A stretch of 63,478 nucleotides of DNA, filler included, from Octopus bimaculoides (Eukaryota), in the NCBI RefSeq assembly GCF_001194135.2. It is 5 parts of 5 records of this genome, joined end to end, with 100 filler letters (N's around TTAATTAATTAA, not from the genome) between each part and the next. Parts side by side here need not be neighbours in the genome. Positions count along the whole stretch, not along the records: positions 48,448 to 58,938 come from NC_069007.1; positions 59,039 to 61,862 come from NC_068989.1; positions 61,963 to 63,478 come from NC_069002.1; 2 more parts are not named here. One strand, written 5' to 3'. This document shows, piece after piece, positions 51,013 through 63,478 of the stretch. How positions within the stretch are numbered: the first letter of the stretch is position 1; each line of letters opens with the position of its first letter. Under the pieces are notes generated by a model. That model ran no database searches. It worked only from the letters and a program-made list of their open reading frames with translations, and was not told the DNA's origin. The translations under genes and the position numbers were made by a program.

Positions 51013-52436
51013 TATATATATATATACACGTACGTATGTTTAAGCATATTTTCATACGCATGAAATCAATATTTGAATATATTCTATACCACCAACTTCT
51101 ACAGCCACCAGTAGTTAAAAGAATATATATTACTGTGTTGCGACAGATGAAAATGTATTTTTCTCTATTCGTGGTTAGTATCTGAAAGTACTTTATATTA
51201 CTCTCCATATCATAACCTTCAATATCTGAAAGAAACCATTCCATTATACACACATCAGTATGTCTGTTTGTGTCTGCACCTAAATGTATATATATCCATG
51301 TGTGTACATGTGTGTGTGTGCGTGCATGCGAATATATCTCCTTCTATGTGGCCAATATTTGAATGTTTGTTTCTTGCTCAATTTATTTATGTGTCTATTT
51401 GCATCAACGTATTTCTATGGCACTTTATTTATTTATTCATGTTTGTATATATTTATTTAGTTATTTATTTATCTGTTTGTTTGTTTGTTTGGTTGTTTAT
51501 CTCTGTTTCGCTTTCGTACAAAAGCCGTATCTTGTCCGACATATTACCTACTTAATGGAATTGGGGTATGAGATGAGATTAGTGTCCAAATAACTTTGTA
51601 AAACACAAAAAGAAACGAGAGAAAAATAATGCAAAATCTGACAAAAGGTTTCTTTAAGAAAAAGAAAGCCTCTGACTTTTATCTCCTTTAGTATTCATAG
51701 ATTATGATTTAGATTCCGTAGGCAGAATGGTTTCTAAGATAATACAGTTATCTTAGGAACTGCTATTGAAACTATTTAGAAAACACAGTAGCTTCTGAGA
51801 TAACTCAGAGACAAAATTGAAAATTAATCAATCAAGCAAACATACAGAGCAAAACAGTGGCAAAGATATTCTTAGATAAATATGTCAAGCTGGCGGAATT
51901 GTTAGCATGCTGGGTAAAATGCTTAGCGGCATTTCATCTGTCTTTACCGTTTTGAGTTCAAATTCCACCGAGATTGACCTTGCATTTCATCCTTTCAGGG
52001 TCAATAAATTAAGTACCAGTTACTTACTGGTTGTGATGTAATCGAGTTAATCCCTTTCTTGAAATTGCTGGCCTTGTTCCAAAATTCGGAATCAATTATA
52101 TTCTTATGTTTTTATATTTGTTTCAGCCATTAGACAGCGGTCATGCTGGGGCACTGCCTTGAAAAGTTGAGCCCAGTGGTTCTCAACCAAGGCCCATGGT
52201 GGCCCTTGGGAGTCCAGACAAGATTTTTTTGCTAAAGCATATGTGCAGTTAATTGCTTATAGGTGCAGGCATGGCTGTGTGGTAAGAGGTTTGCTTCCCA
52301 ACCACATGATTCCGGGTTCAGTCCCACTGCACAGCAACTTAGGCAAGTGTCTTCTGCTATAACCTCAGGCAGACCAAAGCCTTGTGAGAGGATTTGGTAG
52401 ATGAAAACTGAAAGAAGCCTGTCACACATATATATA

Positions 52437-52950
52437 CCATCATCATCATTTAATGTCCTCTGTCCATGCCGGCATGGGTTGGACGGTTTGACCAGGGCTG
52501 GTAAGCTGAGGGGCTGCACAGTCTCCTGTCTGATTTGGCAGGGTTTCTAGAGCTGGATGCCCTTCCTAATGGCAACGACTCAGAGTGCAATGGGTGCTTT
52601 TACATGCCAGTTGTGTGAAACCGGTATTTGCCATGACTACAATTTCACTTGGCTTGATGGGTCTTCTTGTCAAGTACGGCATATTGCTGAAGGTCTTGGT
52701 CATTGCCTCTGTGAGGCCCAACACTCAAAAGGTGCCTTTTACGTGCCACCAGCATGGGCACTAGTTACACAAAACCAGCAATAGCCACATTGCCTCCGTG
52801 GGGCCCAACGCTTGAAAGTTGCCCTTTTACATGCTACTAGCACCGATGCTAGTTATGTGACACCAGCATCGGTCACATTGTTTCCATGAGGCTCAAAAGG
52901 TGCTCTTTCCTGGCAGTGCCTATAACATGACACCAGCATCAGCCACAACT
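52437..52950 (-). mobile_element. RTE 3'-end copy
   Basis: catcatcatcatttaatgtcc...ggatgcccttcctaatggcaac, collinear with 4735-5200. Confidence 0.8.
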
Positions 52951-52996
52951 ACGATTTCATATATATGTATGCATGTATTTTTTTATATGTATGTGT

Positions 52997-53365
52997 GCGC
53001 AATGGCCCAGTGGTTAGGGCTGCAGACTTGCGGTCATAGGATCGCGGTTTTGATACCCAGACCGGGCGTTGTGAGTGTTTATTGAGCAAAAACACCTAAA
53101 GCTCCACGAGGCTCCGGTAGGGGATGGTGGCGAACCCTGCTGTACTCTTTCACCACAACTTTCTCTCACTCTTACTTCCTGTTTCTGTTGTGCCTGTAAT
53201 TCAAAGGGTCAGCCTTGTCACGCTGAATATCCCCGAGAACTTCGTTAAGGGTACACGTGTCTGTGGAGTGCTCAGCCACTTGCACGTTAATTTCACGAGC
53301 AGGCTGTTCCGTTGATCGGATCAACTGGAACCCTCGAAGTTGTAAGCGACGGAGTGCTAACAACA
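52997..53365 (+). mobile_element. tRNA-derived SINE (resembles the octopus tRNA-Arg-related OR-type SINEs)
   Basis: A-box TGGCCCAGTGG and B-box-like GGTTTTGATACCC; near-identical to 59906-60261 apart from two indels. Confidence 0.8.
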
Positions 53366-54145
53366 ATGTGTGTACACGTGTGTGCATGTGTTTGTCCCTC
53401 TACCACCAACTGACAACCGGTGTTGGTGTGCTTATGTCCCCGTAACTTAGCAGTTCAGCAAAAGAGACTCATAGAATATGTACCAGGCTTTGAAAATAAT
53501 TAAGTACTGTGGCTGTTTTAATTGGCAAAAAAATTCCCCAAGGTGGTGCTCCAGCATGGCTGCAGTCTAATGACTGAAATAAATAAAAGAATACGTCTAC
53601 AATACACAAAATATTAAAATATTTTTTTTATACAATTCCTAGTTGGTTTCAAGTTTGGACACAAGGCCAGCAACTTCTGGGGTACGTCAATTAGATCGAC
53701 TTATTTTATCAATAGTGAAAGGATGAAGGGCAAAGCCAACTTGGTAAAATTTGAAATCAGAATGTGAAGACGGACGAAAAGCCAGTCAGCATTTTGCCCA
53801 TCATGCTAAGAAACCAGGAAACTGACCGTTTTTCTTTAGGTCCCAAATGCAAAGCAAAAGCAAGAAACAAAATAAGTTGGGCCCTCCAAAAACATTGTGA
53901 TGGTGTGATCTTGTAGTTGTTTTGTAGCAGAGGGCCATGATCATGCATGCCAAAGGGTCCTCCTCATTGACTCATAAGGCGGGGGGGGGGGGACGAAACA
54001 GTTAAAAGTGTGGTGAGGAACAAGGTGAGAAGAAGTCCATAGGAGGGGAAGAAGAAAAGAATGAGAGAGAAGAGGAAGAGAGGAGAAAGAGGAGAAGACT
54101 GAGGAGAAAGAGGAAGTAGTAAAAGTAGTAAAAGCAGCAGTGGTG

Positions 54146-54176
<31 letters not shown>

Positions 54177-55879
54177 TAGTAGTAGCAGGAGGGTGGTGAT
54201 CGTGGCGACGGCGGCAATGATGATGGTGGTGGTGGTGGTGGTAGAAAGAGGAGAAGGAGAGGAGCAGGTGGAAGGGGAGTGTGCTGGAAAGAAGAAACAG
54301 GAAGAGGAGGAGAAGGAGGCCCAGGAGGAGAAGAAGAACAAGAGCAACAACAACAACAATAGCAAGAATAACAACAAATTTAACCCTTTGATTTCGGATG
54401 TTTGAATAAAGGAAGATAAAATATTTTTTCAATTTGTTAAAACTGAATTCAAAACATGTGAAGTTTAACAAAAAAAGCAACAGAAAAACATGGAATAAAA
54501 AAATTAATAATAAAGAAGGGAAAAAAAAAACAATGCTTTCGTTATGATTTATTGTTTTCCTTAAGAAACTGTATTTTTATTTTTATCTATTTATTTATTC
54601 TTCTATTCAATCTGTTTATACTCGGAGACGATCAATCAGTCTGTTGTCGAGAAAATAAGACTTCACTGCTTCCTGTGACAAACCATTACCAAGAGAATCT
54701 GTTGAAGTATCACAAAAGTTGAGCATCACCACTTTTGATGTTGTTACCAAACAGATGCTGTTTCCACAGGAAAAAAAGAAAAAAAAAAAAAAAAAAAAAA
54801 NNNNNNNNNNNNNNNNNNNNNNNNNNNNNNNNNNNNNNNNNNNNNNNNNNNNNNNNNNNNNNNNNNNNNNNNNNNNNNNNNNNNNNNNNNNNNNNNNNNN
54901 NNNNNNNNNNNNNNNNNNNNNNNNNNNNNNNNNNNNNNNNNNNNNNNNNNNNNNNNNNNNNNNNNNNNNNNNNNNNNNNNNNNNNNNNNNNNNNNNNNNN
55001 NNNNNNNNNNNNNNNNNNNNNNNNNNNNNNNNNNNNNNNNNNNNNNNNNNNNNNNNNNNNNNNNNNNNNNNNNNNNNNNNNNNNNNNNNNNNNNNNNNNN
55101 NNNNNNNNNNNNNNNNNNNNNNNNNNNNNNNNNNNNNNNNNNNNNNNNNNNNNNNNNNNNNNNNNNNNNNNNNNNNNNNNNNNNNNNNNNNNNNNNNNNN
55201 NNNNNNNNNNNNNNNNNNNNNNNNNNNNNNNNNNNNNNNNNNNNNNNNNNNNNNNNNNNNNNNNNNNNNNNNNNNNNNNNNNNNNNNNAAGAAGTAGCAG
55301 TAGCAGCAGCCTGTACTCAGTAACTTTATCTTCAATCTATACTTACAATGTTGCAGAACTGAGGTACAAAACAGTTAAATAACTTTTGGGAGTAACAATT
55401 TAATTTAAAGTATTAGAAAGTTTCGTGACAATAAATGACTACGTTTCATCTCAGACACATGCACACACACACAGACATGCACACATTCACACACACACAC
55501 ACACACAACACATGCATAAGCACATAAAACAAAAGTTTCTTCTCATGAGTCAGTGAAGAATTGACTGTTATCAGAAGAAATAAAATGAGGCAGCCATACT
55601 ACTTAGACACAAACTGAAGGAATAACTTGAAATTGGTGGAATAAACCAAAAGTTTCGAGAAGAATTTTACAGGTTTGTCCTGTTTCACTTGATTCAGTCA
55701 TTTATATCACAACCATGCTGAAGAATTGTTAGTCAAGTACGCATTTTTAAGCCTGGTTCTTATTCTATTAGTCTCTTTTGTCAAAATGTCATGTTATGGG
55801 GGTGTAAACACACCAACACTGGTTGTCAAGCAGTGGTGGAGGATAAACAGAGATACAAAGACGCACACACGCACACATA

Positions 55880-56105
55880 CATCATCATTATCATCATCAT
55901 CATCATTTAGTTTCCATGCTGGCATGGGTTAGACGGTTTAACTGGAACTGGTAAGCCGAAGAGCTGCACCAGGTTCCAATCACATTCAGCATGGTTTCTA
56001 TGGATGGCTGCCTTTCCTAATGCTAACCACTCCAAGAGTTTAATGAGTGACTTTTACATGCCACTGGCACAGGTGCCAGTTACACAACACTGGCATCGGC
56101 CACAA
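55880..56105 (-). mobile_element. RTE 3'-end copy
   Basis: (CAT)n tail plus ccatgctggcatgggtt...gcctttcctaatgctaaccactcc. Confidence 0.75.
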
Positions 56106-56297
56106 ATAGAATTCCATTTGCGTATATGCATTTGTATAGATAGACAGCCAACAACTGATGAAGGGTCGTTCTTTATGTTACTTGTCCTGTTTTCTATTTG
56201 TTTCTCTCGTTGTTTGTGCATTGAACTCATTTGTCTTCATGTTTCATGTTGTTTACTGATGGTGACGTCCTATACCCATATAGGCATATATATATAT

Positions 56298-56840
56298 GAG
56301 AAGACCCGGCAAGCCAAGTAAGATCATTGCCAGTGCCCCTGGACTGGTTCTTGTGCGGGTGGCACATGAGATGCACCATTTTGAGCGTGGCCGTTGCCAG
56401 TACCGCCTGACTGGCTCCCGTAGGATTTTCGAGCGAGATCGTTGCCAGTGCCCCTGGACTGGCTTGTGCGGGTGGCACATAAAAGACACCATTTCGAGCG
56501 TGGCCGTTTTCGTGCGGGTGACNNNNNNNNNNNNNNNNNNNNNNNNNNNNNNNNNNNNNNNNNNNNNNNNNNNNNNNNNNNNNNNNNNNNNNNNNNNNNN
56601 NNNNNNNNNNNNNNNNNNNNNNNNNNNNNNNNNNNNNNNNNNNNNNNNNNNNNNNNNNNNNNNNNNNNNNNNNNNNNNNNNNNNNNNNNNNNNNNNNNNN
56701 NNNNNNNNNNNNNNNNNNNNNNNNNNNNNNNNNNNNNNNNNNNNNNNNNNNNNNNNNNNNNNNNNNNNNNNNNNNNNNNNNNNNNNNNNNNNNNNNNNNN
56801 NNNNNNNNNNNNNNNNNNNNNNNTGATGATGATGATGATG
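56298..56840 (+). mobile_element. RTE 3'-end copy, interrupted by a gap
   Basis: gagaagacccggcaagccaag, internal repeat units (cgttgccagtgcccctggactgg), and a (GAT)n tail after the gap. Confidence 0.7.
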
Positions 56841-57701
56841 ATATATATATATGTATATATGCATATATATATATATTATTTATATTATATACATACATAC
56901 ATATATATACATGCATACATACATACATACATACATAGTTCAGCAAAAATTTAGATTCAGATGAATATAGTACTTAAGTTGAGGCACCAGAATTTAGTAC
57001 GGTATTATCCATACAATTTCAAAGTAAGGTGATTGAAATCAAAATAAGCAACAAGGATGTCCAAAGGTAATGCAGTACAATCGTTTCATGCAATTCCATT
57101 TAATTGAACAAGGCAATCATTACATCAATTTAAAATGCAGAGCAATCCTCAGCTGCACAAAGACATAGAATTTAATTAAATTAGAACAGATGGACCCATT
57201 AGTATAATTATACCTAAAATCTCCAAGAAGTCAAGGAGATAGAAAAAGAACATGTTGCCTCTACTACAGCATATCAGTAACTTATATGCTGTAGTACATA
57301 TATACAGATGGACAGTTTTCCAAAATGTAGGTGAACACCTTTCTTCATGTGATCAGCTTCAAAATTTTTTAAGACACAAGGATATTTTCCTACATTACTT
57401 AACACGAAACCAATGGTAGCCTTAATTCACGAATAAAGAAATTATATATCTACCAATACAGTGTTGAGCACACATTTTATCATTCAACATTTATTTATGT
57501 GTGTGTGTGTGTGTGTGTGTGCGTGCGTGCGTGCGTGTGTTAAATCTCTGAATGAGGTATAAACAGTAACTGCACGACAACGTGAAGTATATTTGCCACT
57601 TAATCAGTGAACTTAATCAAAGATCAGTGAATTTTCGTCACTGGAAAAAGTATATACGTATTTGCATTGGGACACTTTCACATTGAAGATCAGTGATTGT
57701 C

Positions 57702-57748
57702 GTACGCTGACGAAGGGTAAATACCCAGAAACTCGAGTTGGTGCGTAT
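57702..57748 (+). ncRNA. Degenerate minimal hammerhead-like motif
   Basis: GTACG-CTGACGA-A-GGGT-AAAT-ACCC-A-GAAA-C-TCGAGTTG-GT-G-CGTAT. Core boxes, stem II (GGGT/ACCC), palindrome AACTCGAGTT and stem I (TACG/CGTA) are present, but N17 = G and the stem-II closing pair is A-A. Confidence 0.45.
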
Positions 57749-58938
57749 CATGTCAGATCAACGATGGGAAGGATGACTTCCCTTTGCAAATACCGACAGG
57801 ACACAGATGTGTGTCAATAGCCAGCTGGAGGAGATGTTCTCTTGGGGCTAAAAGCAGCAGTAACATTCACCCTTAGGGTTTAGCCGCATTTGAGTGGCAA
57901 ATATACTTCACGTATATATATATATATATATATATAGCAATAAGAAAATGGAGGAGAATATGTGGTACTCATCAACTTGCAGACAGTGTATTTAAATTAA
58001 GGATAGATAGATAGATGCCGATATTTCTATACATATTCATGTATGTGTAAATGTATCTATATAATCTTCATTTGCTGCAATAGCAGCAACAGCGACAACA
58101 GCTACAAGAAGCATTACAACAATAACACTGACAAAGATGGCAACAACAACAACAACATTGATAAGCACAATAGCTTATGATAAAACAAAGAAGTAATTAT
58201 AGTTTTAATTGTTTTCCATCACAAAAGTCCTTCATTTGACCCAAATGAAAACCTTAACTGAAACAAGTTTCGATCGATTTACTTTTTTGTAAAAAATGTT
58301 ACTTAAGATAGGTATGCAATAACAATATTACAGGTAGATATAAGGTAGCATGGTGGCAGAGTCATTAGCATGCTGGGCAAAAATATTTAGCTGCATTTCC
58401 TCCCTCTTTATGCCTTGGGTTCAAATGGTGCAGGGGTCAACTTTGTCTTTATGTTCTGGGTTCACATACCAATGGGGTCAACTTCGCATTTCATCCTTTT
58501 GGGGTAGATAAAATACGTACCAGTTGAGTACTGGGGTTGATGTAATCAACTTAGCCCCTCTCCTGAAATTACTAGCCTCATACCAAATTTTGAAAACAAT
58601 ATTACAGGTAGATACGTACGCATTATTAATGTTACAGGGGGATAGCTATGCATTCTCCAGACTCAGAGACTCCAATGAGAAGAATTTATGACTGTCTTCT
58701 CACTTGAAAACTTCATAGAAAAATTTCATTATTTGGTAATAAGCAAACTGCGAAGTCATATAACGAAAGAAATTTGCTTTATTGTAATTAAACTTAGACA
58801 TCTTTGTCTCAGTTTATAATTAGTGAAAATATTATCTTTCATTGTCTTAATCATTATTTTTTCATCATTTTATATGTATATGTATGCATATATATGTATA
58901 TATGTATACATATATATATATATATATACATATATATA

Positions 58939-59038
58939 NNNNNNNNNNNNNNNNNNNNNNNNNNNNNNNNNNNNNNNNNNNNTTAATTAATTAANNNNNN
59001 NNNNNNNNNNNNNNNNNNNNNNNNNNNNNNNNNNNNNN
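58939..59038. other. Artificial 100-bp scaffold spacer
   Basis: N44-TTAATTAATTAA-N44. Confidence 0.92.
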
Positions 59039-59094
<56 letters not shown>

Positions 59095-59849
59095 GGAGAG
59101 ACAGAGAAAGTGAGAGAGAATTACATGGATATAAATGTGTCTGTATGTATATATTTATCTATCTATCTACCTATATATCTCTGTATGTGTATGCGTGCGT
59201 TTGTGCATGTATGTGTGTGTACAATATATATTATATTTCTATATGTGTCTTACACACACACATACACACACACACACGCATCACATATACACGGAGTGTA
59301 TGTATGTATGTTCGTATGTATGCATGTGTGTGTGTGTATGCGTGTGTATGTACGTGTGTGTATGTGTGTATCAGACACAAATACAGACGAAGGACGACAA
59401 ATGTTTTCTTAAAATGAATGTAATCATTATTCCTTCCAAAATTAGCCTCACCCTCAACCCCCCTGCTCCCCCACACCCCACACACATCACGTAAAAATAC
59501 CTTTTTACATTTCAGTAGCAGTTGTTTGTGTTGTTGTTGATGTTGTTGGTGTGGTTTTTAAGAGTGTTCTTGTGATGAGCTTTTAGTCGCTCAGTCTCCC
59601 TGGCAGACATGTTTTGTCTACATCCAAGCAACACGTCTGTTAAAACATTTTTCGCGGGCAAAATCAAAATTGCTTGTCAAATGCGATGAACGAATCTGAT
59701 ACTAAATCTTGGCCGATGTATTTGTATACGTATATATAAACATTTGTGTGTGTGTGTGTGTGTGTGTGTTGGGGTGGTGGTGATGTGTGTGTGTGTGTGT
59801 GCACAGAAATAAACATATAAACACACAAATGCATACACACACACGTAGG

Positions 59850-59886
<37 letters not shown>

Positions 59887-59905
59887 TATATATATTATAT
59901 ATTGT

Positions 59906-60261
59906 GGAGGCGCAATGGCCCAGTGGTTAGGGTAGCGAACTCGCGGTCATAGGATCGCGGTTTCGATTCCCAGACCAGGCGTTGTGAGTGTTTATTGAGC
60001 GAAAACACCTAAAGCTCCACGAGGTTCCGGCAGGGGATGGTGGCGAACCCTGCTGTACTCCTTCACCACAACTTTCTCTCACTCTTACTTCCTGTTTCTG
60101 TTGTGCCTGTAATTCAAAGGGTCAGCCTTGTCACACTGTGTCACGCGAGGGTACACGTGTCTGTGGAGTGCTCAGCCACTTGCACGTTAATTTCACGAAC
60201 AGGCTGTTCCGTTGTTCGGATCAACTGGAACCCTCGACATCGTAAGCGACGGAGTGCCAAT
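59906..60261 (+). mobile_element. tRNA-derived SINE, same family as 52997
   Basis: ggaggcgcaatggcccagtgg...ggtttcgattccc; collinear with 52997-53365. Confidence 0.8.
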
Positions 60262-60945
60262 AATATTATATATTATATATATGTTATATTATATCATATT
60301 ATATATATATTATATTATATATTTATATATCATATATATATATTACATATATATTATGTGTGAGTATTTGGGCGAGTGTGTGTGCGTGTGTGTATGTTGT
60401 GTGTTTGTGTATATTATACATATATATATGCATGTGTGTGTGTGTGTGTGTATATATTTACGCACACACATATATATATATGTAAACGTGTGTATGTGTA
60501 TGTGTATTCGTCAGCGTTTTAACGTCCACCATTTCATGCTGGCTTGGGTGAGACGAAATGTACTGAGACATATTTTCTGAGGCTTGTTGTGTTTCCTCAC
60601 CTATTTCCAAGCAAGGTAAGATTTTTCCATTCTGATGGAACCCATGTGTCCCTCCTCTCCATTGAGAAGGATTGCTCTAAATGAATATAAGAATGAAGAT
60701 ATAAGCGTGCAAGAACATCGAAATGCATCATTCACTGTAAGAATGGAAGAATGTTCGTATAAGAGGTTTTGAAATGAATGTCGGATTCAGAACGAGACGA
60801 TTTGGCACCGCTCCTCAGACGCTGATGATTTGGCGCTGCTGATTGGAGAATCAGCTGGTTCTGGAGGCAAACACATATAACCAAAGTGCGTGAAGAAGTA
60901 TACACATACAAATAGAAAGAGTGAGAAAGAGAGAGAGAGAAAGAG

Positions 60946-60999
<54 letters not shown>

Positions 61000-61384
61000 T
61001 ATCAATTGCGGTTCGGCAAAAGAGTAACGATAAAATATGTACCAGGCTTTAAAAAAAAATAAGTACTAGAGTTGATGTGTTTGACCCTAAAAGACAGTGC
61101 TCCAGCATGGCCACGGTGTAATGACTGATACAAGTAAAAGATAAAAGGCAAAAGATAGTTATGAATGTGTGTGTGTGTCTGTGTGTGTACGTATCTGTGT
61201 GTGTGTGTGTGTGGTCCACGTCGTTAGCAATATTTTTTTTCTTAAAATCTCAGGGTATTACAAAACACAAAACCCTTTTATTAATCTTTCTTCTTCTCGC
61301 CATCTTCCGCACTTGTTTTCTTTCTTTCTTAATATCTCCATTTTTCTTTCTTTCTTTACTTTATTATTTTCTTTTATCCTTTCT

Positions 61385-61697
61385 AACGACCTTCTTCTTC
61401 TTCTTTTTCTTCTTTTTCTTCTTCTTCTTCTTCTTCTTCTTCTTCTTCTTCTTCTTCTTCTTCTTCTTCTTCTTCTTCTTCTTCTTCTTCTTCTTCTTCT
61501 TCTCCTCCTCCTCCTCCTTCTTCTTCTTCTTCTTCTTCTTCTTCTTCTTCTTCTTCTTCTTCTTTTTCTTTTTCTTTTTCTTTTTCTTTTTCACCTCCAC
61601 CTCTGCTCCCTCGTCGTCATTATCCTCACCGTAGCCCCTACCCTCAATGCGAGCATCATCGCTGTTACCCTTTATCCTCCTCACCACCACTACCACC

Positions 61698-61729
<32 letters not shown>

Positions 61730-61835
61730 CAACAACAGCACTACTATCACCATCATCATCGTCATCATCGTCATCGTCGTCGTCATGATGATGATGATGA
61801 TCGTCATCATCATCATCATCATCATCATCAATAAC
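61385..61835. repeat. (CTT)n, (CAC)n, (CAA)n and (CAT)n compound microsatellite
   Basis: Visible directly; source of the poly-F, poly-K and poly-L pseudo-ORFs. Confidence 0.9.
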
Positions 61836-61862
61836 ATGCATCAACGCTACCAGATCCCAAAT

Positions 61863-61962
61863 NNNNNNNNNNNNNNNNNNNNNNNNNNNNNNNNNNNNNN
61901 NNNNNNTTAATTAATTAANNNNNNNNNNNNNNNNNNNNNNNNNNNNNNNNNNNNNNNNNNNN
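61863..61962. other. Artificial 100-bp scaffold spacer
   Basis: N44-TTAATTAATTAA-N44. Confidence 0.92.
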
Positions 61963-62003
<41 letters not shown>

Positions 62004-63478
62004 TAGATAGATAGGTAGATTTGTTGATAATTTCGGCTGTAGGTCCAAGAAGTAGTGAAAAGGGGGATCAGTTGAAGTGATAAAGGAGAATTATTAAACT
62101 CGTACATTTCAGAAGGTGTGGGGGAGGTTCAGAGAGACGATTTGAGATATTAGAAAGGAGAAATTGACTGAATGTAACAAGAGACAGAATACACGCATAC
62201 ATACATACATACATTCATATACATACACACATATATGCATGTATATANNNNNNNNNNAGAGAGAGGGAGAGAGAGAGAGAGGGAGAGAGAGAGAGAGAGA
62301 GAGAGGGTGGCGTGGAGAGTAAGGCACTGAATTATGATGTGGTGGAGAGCTGAGTTTTGCTAGGTTATAAACCAGATTCTGAACATGACGATTGTCATAG
62401 AGATAAGCCGTAGACTATTATAGCCGAATGTCATGCTACGGATTAATGATGGAAGAGGGGGCCAGGAAGGTGGGCTGGTCCGAGCTGCAAAAAGAGAGAG
62501 AGAGAGACAGGGAAAGAGACAGAGAGAGAAAGGGGGATAGGAAGTGAATGAAGTGGGAGTTAGTGAGTATGTATAGTTATATACTTATGGTGTTGTAAGA
62601 TAAATTCGTTCGTTTTCATTATCCTGTCACTTGTTGGCCATATGTCTGGGAATACGTAAAATGTATTCAAATTTCAAAATCAATATGATTAAGTTGCTGA
62701 AAAAAATACAGAGCCACATAAAATATTTTTTAATGTTAATTCATATAATAGTGGAATGGATATAATTTAATAGGGAGAACAAAAATGTTTTGAATAAAAC
62801 GAATGGATTTATCTGACAAACCAATAAATATAGTTGGTCTCTTTGCTAATCTTTCTCTCTCTTTGTACGTGTGCGTCGTGGGAGAAAGTGTTTTGCGAGG
62901 TTTGATGTTATAAGAGATATATAATAATGTGGGAATCGTAGGAAACGATTTATCGTTCCGAAAACTCTTATTCTCATTCCATTCTTATAGGAAATTAGCA
63001 AATTCTGGTTCCATTACTTCTTCAAATCGTTCCATTTTGAAAAACCTTCCTTCTCATTTCTTGCATTCATCTCAATACTATTTCTTCTAGATATATCCTC
63101 GTCGACTATTTTCTACAGTTTATATGCAGAAATATATCCCAGCATACATCAGTTCAAAAAGAGACCGCTTTCTCTTTATATACCAGATACATTTCCCAAC
63201 ATGCTTTGGCAAGGAAACTTTCTCATATTCTAAGCATATTTTTAGTGGAAAATTGGCGCAGGAGTGGGCTGTGTGGTATGTAGCTTGCTTACCAACCACA
63301 TGGTTTCGGGTTCAGTCCCACTGGGTGGCATCGTGGGTAAGTGTCTCCTACTATAGCCTCGGGCCGACCAAAGCCTTTTGAGTGGATTTGGTAGACGGAA
63401 ACTGAAAGAAGCCCGTCGTATATATGTATATATATATATATATATATACGACGGGTTTATACCAAATCCACTCACAAG

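Noticed and set aside
52997-53065. tRNA-like A and B boxes (also at 59906, 50148 and 63255)
   Set aside because: These are SINE heads with no full cloverleaf, continuing into SINE bodies; they are not tRNA genes.
1682-62327. Long ORFs in the track made of X runs or homopolymeric and dipeptide stretches (HT, CV, YI, L, K, N)
   Set aside because: They are translations of N gaps and microsatellites, with no domain content or splice support.
1-63478. CRISPR arrays, rRNA genes, operons or viral genes
   Set aside because: No regularly spaced repeat-spacer units or matching sequence were seen, and the DNA is eukaryotic intronic or intergenic in character.

Overview
AT-rich, microsatellite-dense eukaryotic genomic DNA from a short-read draft assembly with many N gaps. 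There are no bacterial features, CRISPR arrays, rRNA or intact tRNA genes. The SINE and LINE families suggest a cephalopod, probably Octopus (inference from remembered repeat families, no search run). Most ORFs in the six-frame track are artefacts of microsatellites and N runs. One gene is well supported: a 3-exon, plus-strand gene (22238-22550, 25108-25305, 29779-29972; 234 aa) encoding a secreted protein with a signal peptide and three chitin-binding type-2 (CBM14/peritrophin-A) domains, one domain per exon, both introns phase 1. The rest is decayed mobile DNA: RTE, Tx1-like and R4/Dong-like LINE remnants, two mariner copies, a Tc1 element, a Tc2/pogo-like MITE and several tRNA-derived SINE families. 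It also holds a Penelope-like GIY-YIG fragment followed on the same strand by a type-I hammerhead ribozyme with an unusually large stem-II insert, which is the most interesting non-coding signal. Other items worth checking are a second degenerate hammerhead, a perfect 43-bp inverted repeat, two weak chains of candidate exons from unidentified genes, and four artificial N44-TTAATTAATTAA-N44 scaffold spacers.
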